From: an uncultured candidate division Zixibacteria bacterium
GTDB taxonomy: Bacteria > Zixibacteria > MSB-5A5 > RBG-16-43-9
Assembly: GCA_963713865.1 (NCBI GenBank)
Contig: OY970208.1
Span: 2,016,001-2,080,000, forward strand
Length of the DNA: 64,000 nt
Direction: 5' to 3'
Below are positions 9,073-18,193 of the stretch, piece after piece. A program made the translations under genes and the position numbers. Under the pieces are notes generated by a model. That model was given only the letters and a program-made list of their open reading frames with translations, ran no database searches and was not told the DNA's origin. The first letter of the stretch is position 1. Each line of letters opens with the position of its first letter.

Positions 9073-11490
9073 TTATTTATTGATAAGTTTTTTCAGCAAA
9101 TCTTCGCCTTTCTTTTTCAAATCCTCTTTCAAATTCTCCTTCTGTTTTTTTAATTCTTCCTGAAACCTTTTCTCTGCCCCGGAGGTGCTGAGTGTAAATT
9201 TCGGACTTTTGACATTCCCTTCTATTTTGAAATCCAGAACCTTTCTTCCTTTCTCATCCTGAAAGAACTTATTTAGATCACCCAGATCCAGCTTACTGGA
9301 AAGCTCAGCCGAAAGGACAACAGATACCAGATAATCCAGACTTCCGTCTAAACCCACAGAACCGGTAGCCTTCCAGTCACCACTTTCGGATAAAGCTTCA
9401 AATTCCTCAAAAAATACTCTTCCATTATTAATCAGGAAAGAATTATTCAAAGTCTTTATCTTTTCTTCCTTAAATTCTTTTGTCTTAAGATAGGAGGAGA
9501 GTTGATTTAAAAGCTCCCAGTTCACCAGCTTGCCATCCGTAATCGTGCCTTTGCCCGAAGCTATCAAGGATTTAGTCATCTCTTCAGTAGTTCCCCCTTT
9601 TCCTGAAAAATTGGCTGTCAGATTAAGATTTCCAAAAAGATGGTCTTTGAAAAGAGCGAATCTGGACAGGAAATTATTGGCTTCGATCTTACTGGCACTG
9701 ACCTCTATATCAAACTGGGGATTATTAATATCCCTTAAATCATAAGTAGCATTACCACCCACTGAGCCATCATAGACATTTGCCACCACGTTCTCAATTT
9801 TAACCACTCTATCCTGAATTTCTAACTTCGCCACTAAGTTTTCCAATTCTACTTCGCGGAAAATCGCTTTTCTTACTTCTATCTGCCCAGAGGCATCTAT
9901 ATCCGGAAAAGGAGGTGCAGTTTTAACCTCTTTCTTCTCTCCGGTTTTAGCTTTTTGGCTTGCAGGTATAATCTCGTCTAAATTTAATAAAGGCGAGCTC
10001 AAGGTGAAACTCAAGAAGGGTTTTCGAGTCTCTCCCTTTTTTGCCATAAGTGACTGCAAGAGATTTTCTACTTTTCCTTTAAGACTCAAAGAGGATTTCC
10101 CTAAATTCAAACTGAGTTCACTTATATTCAAAATCCCTTTTGTAAATAAAATATCTCCGTTCAAATTATTCACCGGGACTGTAAGTGAAGGCGAGTTGAT
10201 TTCAATATCTCTCAAGTTGAATTTTCCAGATAAATCCAGTTGCTCAACTTTTTTAAACTTGCCAAAAGCTTTTATGTCTGCATCAACCGTGCCTGACAGG
10301 TTAGTCCCTTCAGGAAGTTTCTTAAGCTCTTTTACTATAGCCAGGTCAACTTTACTTTTCAGCTCAGCAGTAAGATTGGGGTCTGAAAAATTATCTATCA
10401 CTGCTTTAAACTCTAAAGGTGCATCACCCAATTTAGCATCTGAGGTAACGATACTCAATCTCTGATTATCAAAATCTATCTCCCCGGCAGGAAGAATAAA
10501 AGGTTTTGGAAACTTTGCAAAATCGATCTTCACATCCTGTAAGGTAACCATTCCCTCATAAGGAGGCAAAGTCTTTCCCTTGAGTTCCCCCTTTAGTGAG
10601 GATTTTACTCTCATCTTTCCTGAAGCTTTCAACTGGGATAAAGGCGAATCTTTACTTTTTGGAAAAGATTTTAACAGGTCTTGAATCGCTATATCTTTTG
10701 AAGATAGAACAATATCTGCTTTAGGATTAGTCCTTAAATTCTCTATTTTACCTTTTACCTCCAGGGAAACCTTAGCCAACTCTATTTTAATCTGTTCGAT
10801 ATTCAAAGAATCTCCCGGTAGATTAACTTTTAGATTATGCTGTAAGGAAAAGGAAAGTTCGGGTATCTGGCTTTTCAATCCCGGCAGGTTCAAATCTATT
10901 TTCTGGATAGAGAGTTTACCTTCAGACTTTCCATTTTCCATCTTGCTATCCATAACAAATTTCCCTTTTTGTTCAATTCCGCCCAGAAAAATCTTGCTTC
11001 CGTTAGAAAAATCATAATAAGTAAACTCACCCTCTTTTATCTGGACATTTTCAAATAGAATTAATGGCAAAGGACCCTCTCCACCTTTCAAAAGGTCAGC
11101 GATATTTAGAACCCTCTCTTTACTTTTTTCAATAAAAATCTCCGGCTTATCCAGGATTATCTTTTTTACCTCAATCCTTTTTTTCAATAAGGGCAGGAAT
11201 TTGACCCTGACTGAAAAGTTTTTAATTCTGAATAGATCTTCCTGCTCAAATCCAGGCAGATTGGAAATCTTAAGCCCTTTTATATCCACACCCAGACCTC
11301 TAAAGATGGATGGAGAGATATCTTCGATAACCACTTTGCGGTGTAAAGCTTCTTCCACCCGTGGCTGGATCATAGATATTAGCTTCTCTTTAGTAAAGAT
11401 AAGCCTTACGGCTAAAGAGGTGATTATTAAAAGAGCAATGATAATACCAATTACCCAGAGAACAATTTTCCAGCCTTTTTTGATTTTCAT
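9073..11490 (-). CDS. AsmA family protein (likely start ATG 11490)
   Basis: N-terminal TM, long beta-taco-like repeats, C-terminal GSVGLDGSLDY...IEGNVKSPK. The ORF extension to 11571 is translated REP. Confidence 0.85.
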   Translation of the reverse strand: MKIKKGWKIVLWVIGIIIALLIITSLAVRLIFTKEKLISMIQPRVEEALHRKVVIEDISPSIFRGLGVDIKGLKISNLPGFEQEDLFRIKNFSVRVKFLPLLKKRIEVKKIILDKPEIFIEKSKERVLNIADLLKGGEGPLPLILFENVQIKEGEFTYYDFSNGSKIFLGGIEQKGKFVMDSKMENGKSEGKLSIQKIDLNLPGLKSQIPELSFSLQHNLKVNLPGDSLNIEQIKIELAKVSLEVKGKIENLRTNPKADIVLSSKDIAIQDLLKSFPKSKDSPLSQLKASGKMRVKSSLKGELKGKTLPPYEGMVTLQDVKIDFAKFPKPFILPAGEIDFDNQRLSIVTSDAKLGDAPLEFKAVIDNFSDPNLTAELKSKVDLAIVKELKKLPEGTNLSGTVDADIKAFGKFKKVEQLDLSGKFNLRDIEINSPSLTVPVNNLNGDILFTKGILNISELSLNLGKSSLSLKGKVENLLQSLMAKKGETRKPFLSFTLSSPLLNLDEIIPASQKAKTGEKKEVKTAPPFPDIDASGQIEVRKAIFREVELENLVAKLEIQDRVVKIENVVANVYDGSVGGNATYDLRDINNPQFDIEVSASKIEANNFLSRFALFKDHLFGNLNLTANFSGKGGTTEEMTKSLIASGKGTITDGKLVNWELLNQLSSYLKTKEFKEEKIKTLNNSFLINNGRVFFEEFEALSESGDWKATGSVGLDGSLDYLVSVVLSAELSSKLDLGDLNKFFQDEKGRKVLDFKIEGNVKSPKFTLSTSGAEKRFQEELKKQKENLKEDLKKKGEDLLKKLINK

Positions 11491-11521
11491 TTTATTACCT
11501 CTTATTTTCAGTTTTTTTTTC

Positions 11522-11592
11522 GTAGGGCAACCCTTTAGGAGTGCTTTTTTTCTGCAAGGCTGAAGTCTCAAGACCTTGAGGCCTTGCCCTAC
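11522..11592. repeat. REP doublet with a nested hairpin
   Basis: GTAGGGCAACCCTTTAGGAGTGC ... GCAAGGCTGAAG[TCTCAAGACCTTGAG]GCCTTGCCCTAC. Confidence 0.7.
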
Positions 11593-11600
11593 CTATATTT

Positions 11601-12284
11601 CTATAAATTATAACTCTCGCCGATCTTGAGTATCTTCACTTTGGTCTTAGAGTCTTTTAGTTTATTGGCAAATATTTCCGGGTTTTGTTTAATGATATCA
11701 AAAGTATCAAAATGCATTGGAATAACCACTTTCGGATTTAGAAACTCTGTTGCCTTTACTGCATCCTCAATCCCCATTGTGAAATTATCCCCAATCGGAA
11801 TCAATGCTAAATCTAACTTATTCATCTCCCCTATCAATTTCATATCCGAAAAAAGTCCGGTATCCCCGGAATGATACACAATCTTTCCTGCAAAATTAAC
11901 CACGAATCCGCAAGGGTTGCCGGTATAGGTAATATCCTCATCTATTACTGCTGAGCCATGGTGAGCTATGGTCAGTTTAACCCGGCCGAAATTAAAATCC
12001 CGGCTTCCCCCGATATGCATAGGATGAACGTTAGCACCTTTTTTCTGGCAGTACATTGCCAGCTCAAACGGAGCAATAACCAAAGCATTATTCTTTTTAG
12101 CAATAGCTAATGCATCTCCTAAATGGTCACCGTGCCCGTGCGATAAAAGTATCGCTTCAACTTTGATCTCTTCTGGGCTTATTTTTGCTAAAGGATTTCC
12201 AGAAATAAAAGGATCAAAAATAATCTTATGCTCCTCATCCTCTAAAGTAAAACAAGAGTGCCCTAAATAAGTTAATTTGACCAT
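11601..12284 (-). CDS. UPF0173 metal-dependent hydrolase (metallo-beta-lactamase fold)
   Basis: LGHSCF, DPF, SHGHGDHLGD, HSGDT, IPMHF; SD GGAGGAG before ATG 12284. Confidence 0.9.
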   Translation of the reverse strand: MVKLTYLGHSCFTLEDEEHKIIFDPFISGNPLAKISPEEIKVEAILLSHGHGDHLGDALAIAKKNNALVIAPFELAMYCQKKGANVHPMHIGGSRDFNFGRVKLTIAHHGSAVIDEDITYTGNPCGFVVNFAGKIVYHSGDTGLFSDMKLIGEMNKLDLALIPIGDNFTMGIEDAVKATEFLNPKVVIPMHFDTFDIIKQNPEIFANKLKDSKTKVKILKIGESYNL

Positions 12285-12378
12285 AACTCCTCCATTTTCA
12301 TTCAAAGGTTTTATTTCCCTTCAATTCAATTTAAAAACTGTCAAGTCTTTGTCAAGAAAAAAGCCAGTTTAAGAGAAC

Positions 12379-12450
12379 GTAGGGACAGAATCCGCCTGAG
12401 GTGGATTCTGTCCCTACAAAATTCCCGTCGGGCATAAAACCCGACGCTAC
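12379..12450. repeat. Two REPs; the first carries a TCCGCCTGAGGTGGA mini-hairpin in its loop
   Basis: GTAGGGACAGAA[TCCGCCTGAGGTGGA]TTCTGTCCCTAC, compared with GTAGGGACAGAA[CATTG]TTCTGTCCCTGC at 851. CGTCGGGCATAAAACCCGACGCTAC matches 1093. Confidence 0.8.
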
Positions 12451-12478
12451 TTTCTTTTCCCTATCTACTGTATGCTGT

Positions 12479-15418
12479 TTACTGTCTACTTTTCAGTTTT
12501 CTCAATCTTTCCTTAGCATCTGCAATTTCAGGTATCCCCGGGTCAGCATTCTTCCATATATCCAGAAACTCCTCATATTTCTCAATCGCCTTTTTGTTCC
12601 AGCCAGATTTCTCATAAGCCAAGCCTAAAAGATAATAAGCTTTTACTGCCCTGTAAGACCACACTCTGTCATCGTCATATCTTGAGAGTGCCTTTTCTAA
12701 TTCAGATACTGCCTCGTCAAGTCTGCCTCTTTTCAAGTAAATTTCCGCCAGATGAGAACGGAGATCAAAAGATGGAGTTGGTGAGTCCTTATACGCCCTT
12801 TCTAAATAGCTCAATGCCATGGTGGTATCTCCTTTGACTAACTCTATGTCGCTCAATGTCCACCAGTAAGAAGACATTAGCTTTGGATTCTTTTCCTCAA
12901 TATCCTTTTTCAAAGCTTTTGCTAATTCTTCAGCTTCAGCAATTTTTCCACTCTTAGTGAGAAGAAAAGCGTAACCATCCCTCCCGTACACGGGATCATT
13001 AGGTTTGGCTTTCTTGTATATTTCCATGCCCATTTCCATTTCCTTTGATGCTAAATCCATCTTTTTCTGCCTTTCATAGAGAAGAAATGCCTTATCGAAA
13101 TGTTTATAAGCATTCATGTCCCCGTCAAACTGTTCCATTCTGTCTGCTGCAATGCCATCGTCTAAAACCTTGAGGGCATCTTCGAACTTCCCCTGGTAAG
13201 AAGGAATCAATTCTAAATATACCCTTCCCATTGACCTCAAACGCTTCTCGCTGTTAGAACAAAGTGCCTGAAAACAGCTTTCAGCTTTAGTATAATCTTT
13301 CTTGAAAACATACATATCCCCCAGCATGTACTGAGACGTAAAGAAGTCGGGTTTTATCTCTAATGCTTTCTTGTAAGATTCTATCGCTTGGTCGAGCTTA
13401 CCATTCCAGGCAAATAACTCAGCTCTTGAATCGTAGGGATTTGGTTCATCCGGGGCTAATTCTATATATTTGTTTATAGCCCAGATAGATTTGTCAAAAT
13501 CTCCCATTTCATTGTAGGCATAGGCTAGAATGTTGTAAGCTAGTTTATAGAGAGGGTCTATCTGGATGGCTTTGCTGAGATAATAAACTGCTTCTTTGAA
13601 CTCGTGGAGATTATTATTATAAATTTGTCCTAATACATAAAATGCGTCTTTTTCATCAGGGTAACTTTCAACTATTTTTTTTAGTCCGTTTATTGCTTGA
13701 GAATAATCACCTGTTATATAGGCTCCAAAACCTTTAATATAAAGTTTTTCCTTCTGGGTTATCTTATCTGTGTATTTCGCAGCTTTGGTAATGAACTCTC
13801 TTGCTGCCCTATCATCACCTGCATATCGATTAATTACTGCCAGCCAATAATATGCCATAGCAAAGGTAGAATCAAACTCTAGAGCTTTCTTGAGACTTTT
13901 CTCTGCCTCTGCAAAGTAAAGTTTGTAACCGTAATCAACGCCTTCGAGAAAGTAACGATATGCTTCTTGCGAATGGGTCGTAACCTTAGCTACAGACGGT
14001 TCCTTCTCCTGCTGGGCTGAGACAGGAAGAGTAAAACCTTTTTTGATTTCAACGGTTAGCCTATCAACTAAAGAGAAGACATCTTGCTCCTTTTCTCCCG
14101 TGATTCGTTGAGATGCCTTTATTTCACCAGTTCCGACATCGACTAACTGGGTTGTTATTTCGATTCTTGGCTTAACTTGGAGTATACTCCCCAGAAGCAT
14201 CCATTTAACCCCGGCTTTTGTGGCAACCTGGGATGCCATATTCTTATCTATCCTCTTTTCTCCCTCTCTTCCCAAAAGCTTGAGAATATCGTATAATCTC
14301 TGGCTGGATACTACCTTGAGATATTGCGACTCGGATAAACCAGTAATTAACAGATTAGTAACAATTTCACCAAGCTTTTGCTTGTCCTCCGGATCAGCCA
14401 GATTATCAAAATACATTACTGCTAAGGAGTTCTCTTTAGCTACTGCACCTTTTTCCGGAGCTACCTCAAATTTGAAAGGTTTAAGAATCAAGAAAAGTAA
14501 AATCAGGATGAAAACCACTGAGGCAGGAATAACAATCGGCAAAAGTTTCTTCTTAGGCTTAGGAGTAATCACTTCTTTTGGAATTTGACCGGTTTTCATG
14601 TATTCCAAATTTTTCTTTTCGTGCCTTAAATCTGCAAGTAAATCATCTATATGCTGGTATCTTTCCTCTTTATCTTTGATTAATGCTTTGAAGACGATCC
14701 GCTCTAATTCAGAGGAAACCTGATTATTGTATCTGGCTACAGGCTGAGGCTCTTCGTTGATTATCGAGTAAACAATAGCGGCCTGATGTTCTCCTCCAAA
14801 AGGTAAATTTTTGGTCAAAAGCTCATACAATACTACACCAAAAGAGAAGATATCGCTTCTTGAATCGACTTCCTCACCTTGAGCCTGCTCAGGTGACATA
14901 TAAGCTAAAGTCCCTAAGGTTGAGCGTGTCTTGGTCAGCTTGGTTGCTCCTTTCAGCTTTGCCAGTCCAAAATCCATTATCTTAACCTGACCTCGAGGAG
15001 TAAGCATTATGTTATCCGACTTGATATCCCGGTGCACAATCCCCTTCTCATGAGCCATAGCTAACCCTTCACATATCTGTATCCCGATATCCAGAACCTT
15101 TCTTATGGAGAGAGTTTCTTTCTCAATTACCTGCTTCAAAGTCCTGCCCTCACAGTATTCCATAACTATAAACATCTGCCCTTCAAATTCATCGATCTCG
15201 TAAATGGTAGTGATGTTAGGATGATTTAAAGCTGAAGCGGCTTTGGCTTCGTGGATAAACCTTTCCTTCTCAACAGCATCAGCGGTCAGATGTTGGGGTA
15301 AAAACTTCAAAGCGACCAGTCGATCCAGTTTGGTGTCTTGGGTTTTATAAACTATTCCCATTCCACCTTCCCCTAACTTTTCCAGAATTCTATAATGTGA
15401 GATCGTCCGTCCAATCAT
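12479..15418 (-). CDS. Ser/Thr protein kinase-TM-TolB/FlgO-like-TPR protein (K1)
   Basis: GEGGMG, ALK, HRDIKSDN, DFG, SPEQ; TM LPIVIPASVVFILILLFLIL; SLAVMYFDN domain; many TPRs. Confidence 0.92.
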   Translation of the reverse strand: MIGRTISHYRILEKLGEGGMGIVYKTQDTKLDRLVALKFLPQHLTADAVEKERFIHEAKAASALNHPNITTIYEIDEFEGQMFIVMEYCEGRTLKQVIEKETLSIRKVLDIGIQICEGLAMAHEKGIVHRDIKSDNIMLTPRGQVKIMDFGLAKLKGATKLTKTRSTLGTLAYMSPEQAQGEEVDSRSDIFSFGVVLYELLTKNLPFGGEHQAAIVYSIINEEPQPVARYNNQVSSELERIVFKALIKDKEERYQHIDDLLADLRHEKKNLEYMKTGQIPKEVITPKPKKKLLPIVIPASVVFILILLFLILKPFKFEVAPEKGAVAKENSLAVMYFDNLADPEDKQKLGEIVTNLLITGLSESQYLKVVSSQRLYDILKLLGREGEKRIDKNMASQVATKAGVKWMLLGSILQVKPRIEITTQLVDVGTGEIKASQRITGEKEQDVFSLVDRLTVEIKKGFTLPVSAQQEKEPSVAKVTTHSQEAYRYFLEGVDYGYKLYFAEAEKSLKKALEFDSTFAMAYYWLAVINRYAGDDRAAREFITKAAKYTDKITQKEKLYIKGFGAYITGDYSQAINGLKKIVESYPDEKDAFYVLGQIYNNNLHEFKEAVYYLSKAIQIDPLYKLAYNILAYAYNEMGDFDKSIWAINKYIELAPDEPNPYDSRAELFAWNGKLDQAIESYKKALEIKPDFFTSQYMLGDMYVFKKDYTKAESCFQALCSNSEKRLRSMGRVYLELIPSYQGKFEDALKVLDDGIAADRMEQFDGDMNAYKHFDKAFLLYERQKKMDLASKEMEMGMEIYKKAKPNDPVYGRDGYAFLLTKSGKIAEAEELAKALKKDIEEKNPKLMSSYWWTLSDIELVKGDTTMALSYLERAYKDSPTPSFDLRSHLAEIYLKRGRLDEAVSELEKALSRYDDDRVWSYRAVKAYYLLGLAYEKSGWNKKAIEKYEEFLDIWKNADPGIPEIADAKERLRKLKSRQ

Positions 15419-15567
15419 AGATCACACCTCCCGCTTTCGCTTCGCTTCAGCGGGATCCTCAAATTCGCAACCACTCGTTGAAAAAAGACTCGTGGGCGAA
15501 TTTGGGACATCCCACCCTCACCCAGCTTTTCTAAAATCTTGTAATGAGATATTGTTTTTCCAATCAT
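15415..15567 (-). pseudogene. 5'-only kinase copy (MIGKTISHYKILEKLGEGGM) interrupted by a 79-nt double-hairpin insert; 50-codon leader ORF whose stop overlaps the K1 ATG
   Basis: Reverse complement of 15508-15567 encodes the first 20 kinase residues. Insert at 15429-15507. GGT GTG ATC TAT (GVIY) then runs into the K1 ATG. Confidence 0.8.
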
Positions 15568-15611
15568 GATATTATTGTTTCATTTGTTCATTGTTCCATT
15601 GATTCAATCCC

Positions 15612-18188
15612 TTATCCTTTCGGCTTCAAAAGCTCCTTAAACGGCGGGTAATCCCACAACGATTCAAAGTCAACATCTGTATGGAGATCGATACTATAGG
15701 AGCGTCCTTGCAAAAAGCTCTCCTTCAGAAGGGCTATCGCCTGATCCTTGTCCCCCAGAATTGCTGCAATACATGCACGGTTATAAGTATACCCACCAAA
15801 AAGATATGGCTTCTTCAGGTTTTTGAGCCATTCAGAGACTCTCAGCGCTTTTTCTTTATCCCCTTGCCGAGCTGCTATAAGACCAAGCCACCCTTGATAA
15901 TCAATGTTGTCAGGCGAATCCTTGGCAAGTTCCTCGAAAATGCTCTTTGCCTCCTCCCATCGCCGAGCATCATACAGCGTAAGGGCATAGGCGTTGCGAA
16001 GGAGGGAATCCATCTCTTCAGCCGGCCTGCTTTTATACCATTGAACTGACTGGTCAAAAATCGTCATGGCAGCGTCTGCATACCCGTGAGCGCGCAATTC
16101 CTCTCCAGCACCTCTCATGGTACCTCCGGGAGTACCCGTGGCAATCCCGGGTTTGGTAAGGGTCAGACTTTCTTCAATAAGTTTTTTGACCTCCTCGATC
16201 TTCCCCAGGGCAGCAAGTGCCCGGATTTCGTAGTTCAAGGCACTCAGGGATGTCGGGAATCTTTTGCGAGCCTGTTTTGCGATTTCGAGTTCCTTTTTGT
16301 GCTCCCCCAGAAGGTGGTATGAGGCAGTGAAGAAACCCCAATAGAAGAGCCAGACTTGTTCCTGGTCAGCCATCTTGAACGCCTCAACGGCTTCTTTGGG
16401 GCGATTTACCAGAAATGCGTCCAAGCCCCACTCATAAGCATAGAAAGGTCCAGGCGCGATCTTGGCTGCTTCTCGCACAGCATTCAAGCATTTCATCCTA
16501 TCACCTGAAACCCAACCGCTTTCCTCGTCCAACCCCAATTGCTGAAGAGGAGTGAGTTGAGCACGGCGCAGATTAAGAAATCGCACCAGGGAATCTGCCT
16601 GTGCCAATTGCCCGAGGTTTATGTATGCAGCACACGCGTCGGTCAACGGAAAAAAGAACGATGTGTCTATAGTGTAAGCCCGCTTGAAGTATTCGAGTGC
16701 TCCCTGATAGTCGAACTGTTTTGAAAAGAGGTCCAATCCCTGGACGTACTGTTGGTATGCATCGTACTTAGGAGGCTTTGATACCTGCGTAGCCCATCCT
16801 TCCAGCCGTTTATCCAGCACAAGGGCAAGGGCGCCCAGCACCCGCTGGCGCACAGATTCAACTCCGTCCATGGTTTTTCTGGCTTCAGAGGTTACCGGTT
16901 CAATCGCCGTAAGAAGCTTTTCATTAGCATCCATTACCTTCGCTTGAAACTCGATAGTATCACCTAACTTGTAATAGGAACCAATCACAATCATGCTTGC
17001 ACCAGTTGCCTTGGCAATTGAGCGGACACTCTTGAGTTTTTCAAGTTCAGGCACTTTTTCTGGCGGAACAACTTCAGCTAAACCTGTCTGCAGAAGACTC
17101 TGGGTAGTCCAATCTGCAATCATCCGTCCAAGAGAATTAAGCGACGGGTCTCCGGTTTGGTTCTGGAACGGCACGACAACCACCCGCTTGGCAACCTGTT
17201 TTGAGACTTTAAATGGCTGCAGGAAAAAAATCACAACAACTGACCCGATAACCAAAACCGCTAATCCAACCAGCCATATCAGGTTTTTTCGGAAAAAGCT
17301 CGGTTGAGAAATGATTTTTGGCTCTGTCGGCAACGGTTGACTCACAATTGCTTCCGGCACACGGTGCACGCGTGAAGTATCTTTCTTCAGCCTGCGCAGC
17401 TCGATGACCACGTCCGCCATCGATTGGTATCTATCGTCCGGAGTCTTCTCCAGCAAACGATTGAGAATGTGAATTAGGTCTGAGGATGTATCCGGCAGAT
17501 ATTTCTGAATCGGTTCAGGGTCCTCATTCACAATCGAATACATCATCGCCGCCTCGTGCTCTCCCTTAAAGGGCAATTGTCCGGTGAGCATCTCGTAAAG
17601 GACAATGCCAAAGGAGAAAATATCAGACCTGGCATCTATCTCACCTCCCTGGATCTGTTCAGGTGCCATATAGGCAAGGGTCCCAACTGTGCTGGAGGTT
17701 TTCGTAAGTTTAAGAGAACCTTTTAGCTTTGCCAGGCCGAAATCCATCACCTTGACCTGGTTCTTGGAGTTGATCATTATATTATCAGATTTAATATCCC
17801 GATGGACTATTCCCTGACTGTGTGCCTCCTTTAACGCCTCCCCAATCTGGATGGCATAGGTTATTGCTTCGTTCACTGAAAGAGCTTTGCTCTCAAATTT
17901 CTTTCTTAAAGTCACACCGTCCACATATTCCATAACGATGAACTGCTGTCCTTTTTCCTCCTGAATATCATGGATTACACAGACGTTAGGATGATTTAAA
18001 GCTGAGGCTGATTTCGCCTCCTGTAAAAAGCGGGCTTTTTCAGCTTCGCTGGCTACGAGTTGAGGCGGGAGAAACTTCAGGGCTAAAAGCCGGTCAAGCT
18101 TAATATCCTGGGCTTTATAAACCACCCCCATCCCACCTTCACCCAGCTTCTCCAGGATTTTGTAATGTGAGATAGTTTTACCGATCAT
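15612..18188 (-). CDS. Ser/Thr protein kinase-TM-TolB-like-TPR protein (K2)
   Basis: Intact kinase motifs (HRDIKSDN, DFG, APEQ); TM LIWLVGLAVLVIGSVVVIFFL; VVVVPFQNQTGD domain; TPRs. Confidence 0.92.
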   Translation of the reverse strand: MIGKTISHYKILEKLGEGGMGVVYKAQDIKLDRLLALKFLPPQLVASEAEKARFLQEAKSASALNHPNVCVIHDIQEEKGQQFIVMEYVDGVTLRKKFESKALSVNEAITYAIQIGEALKEAHSQGIVHRDIKSDNIMINSKNQVKVMDFGLAKLKGSLKLTKTSSTVGTLAYMAPEQIQGGEIDARSDIFSFGIVLYEMLTGQLPFKGEHEAAMMYSIVNEDPEPIQKYLPDTSSDLIHILNRLLEKTPDDRYQSMADVVIELRRLKKDTSRVHRVPEAIVSQPLPTEPKIISQPSFFRKNLIWLVGLAVLVIGSVVVIFFLQPFKVSKQVAKRVVVVPFQNQTGDPSLNSLGRMIADWTTQSLLQTGLAEVVPPEKVPELEKLKSVRSIAKATGASMIVIGSYYKLGDTIEFQAKVMDANEKLLTAIEPVTSEARKTMDGVESVRQRVLGALALVLDKRLEGWATQVSKPPKYDAYQQYVQGLDLFSKQFDYQGALEYFKRAYTIDTSFFFPLTDACAAYINLGQLAQADSLVRFLNLRRAQLTPLQQLGLDEESGWVSGDRMKCLNAVREAAKIAPGPFYAYEWGLDAFLVNRPKEAVEAFKMADQEQVWLFYWGFFTASYHLLGEHKKELEIAKQARKRFPTSLSALNYEIRALAALGKIEEVKKLIEESLTLTKPGIATGTPGGTMRGAGEELRAHGYADAAMTIFDQSVQWYKSRPAEEMDSLLRNAYALTLYDARRWEEAKSIFEELAKDSPDNIDYQGWLGLIAARQGDKEKALRVSEWLKNLKKPYLFGGYTYNRACIAAILGDKDQAIALLKESFLQGRSYSIDLHTDVDFESLWDYPPFKELLKPKG

Positions 18189-18193
18189 CTTTT

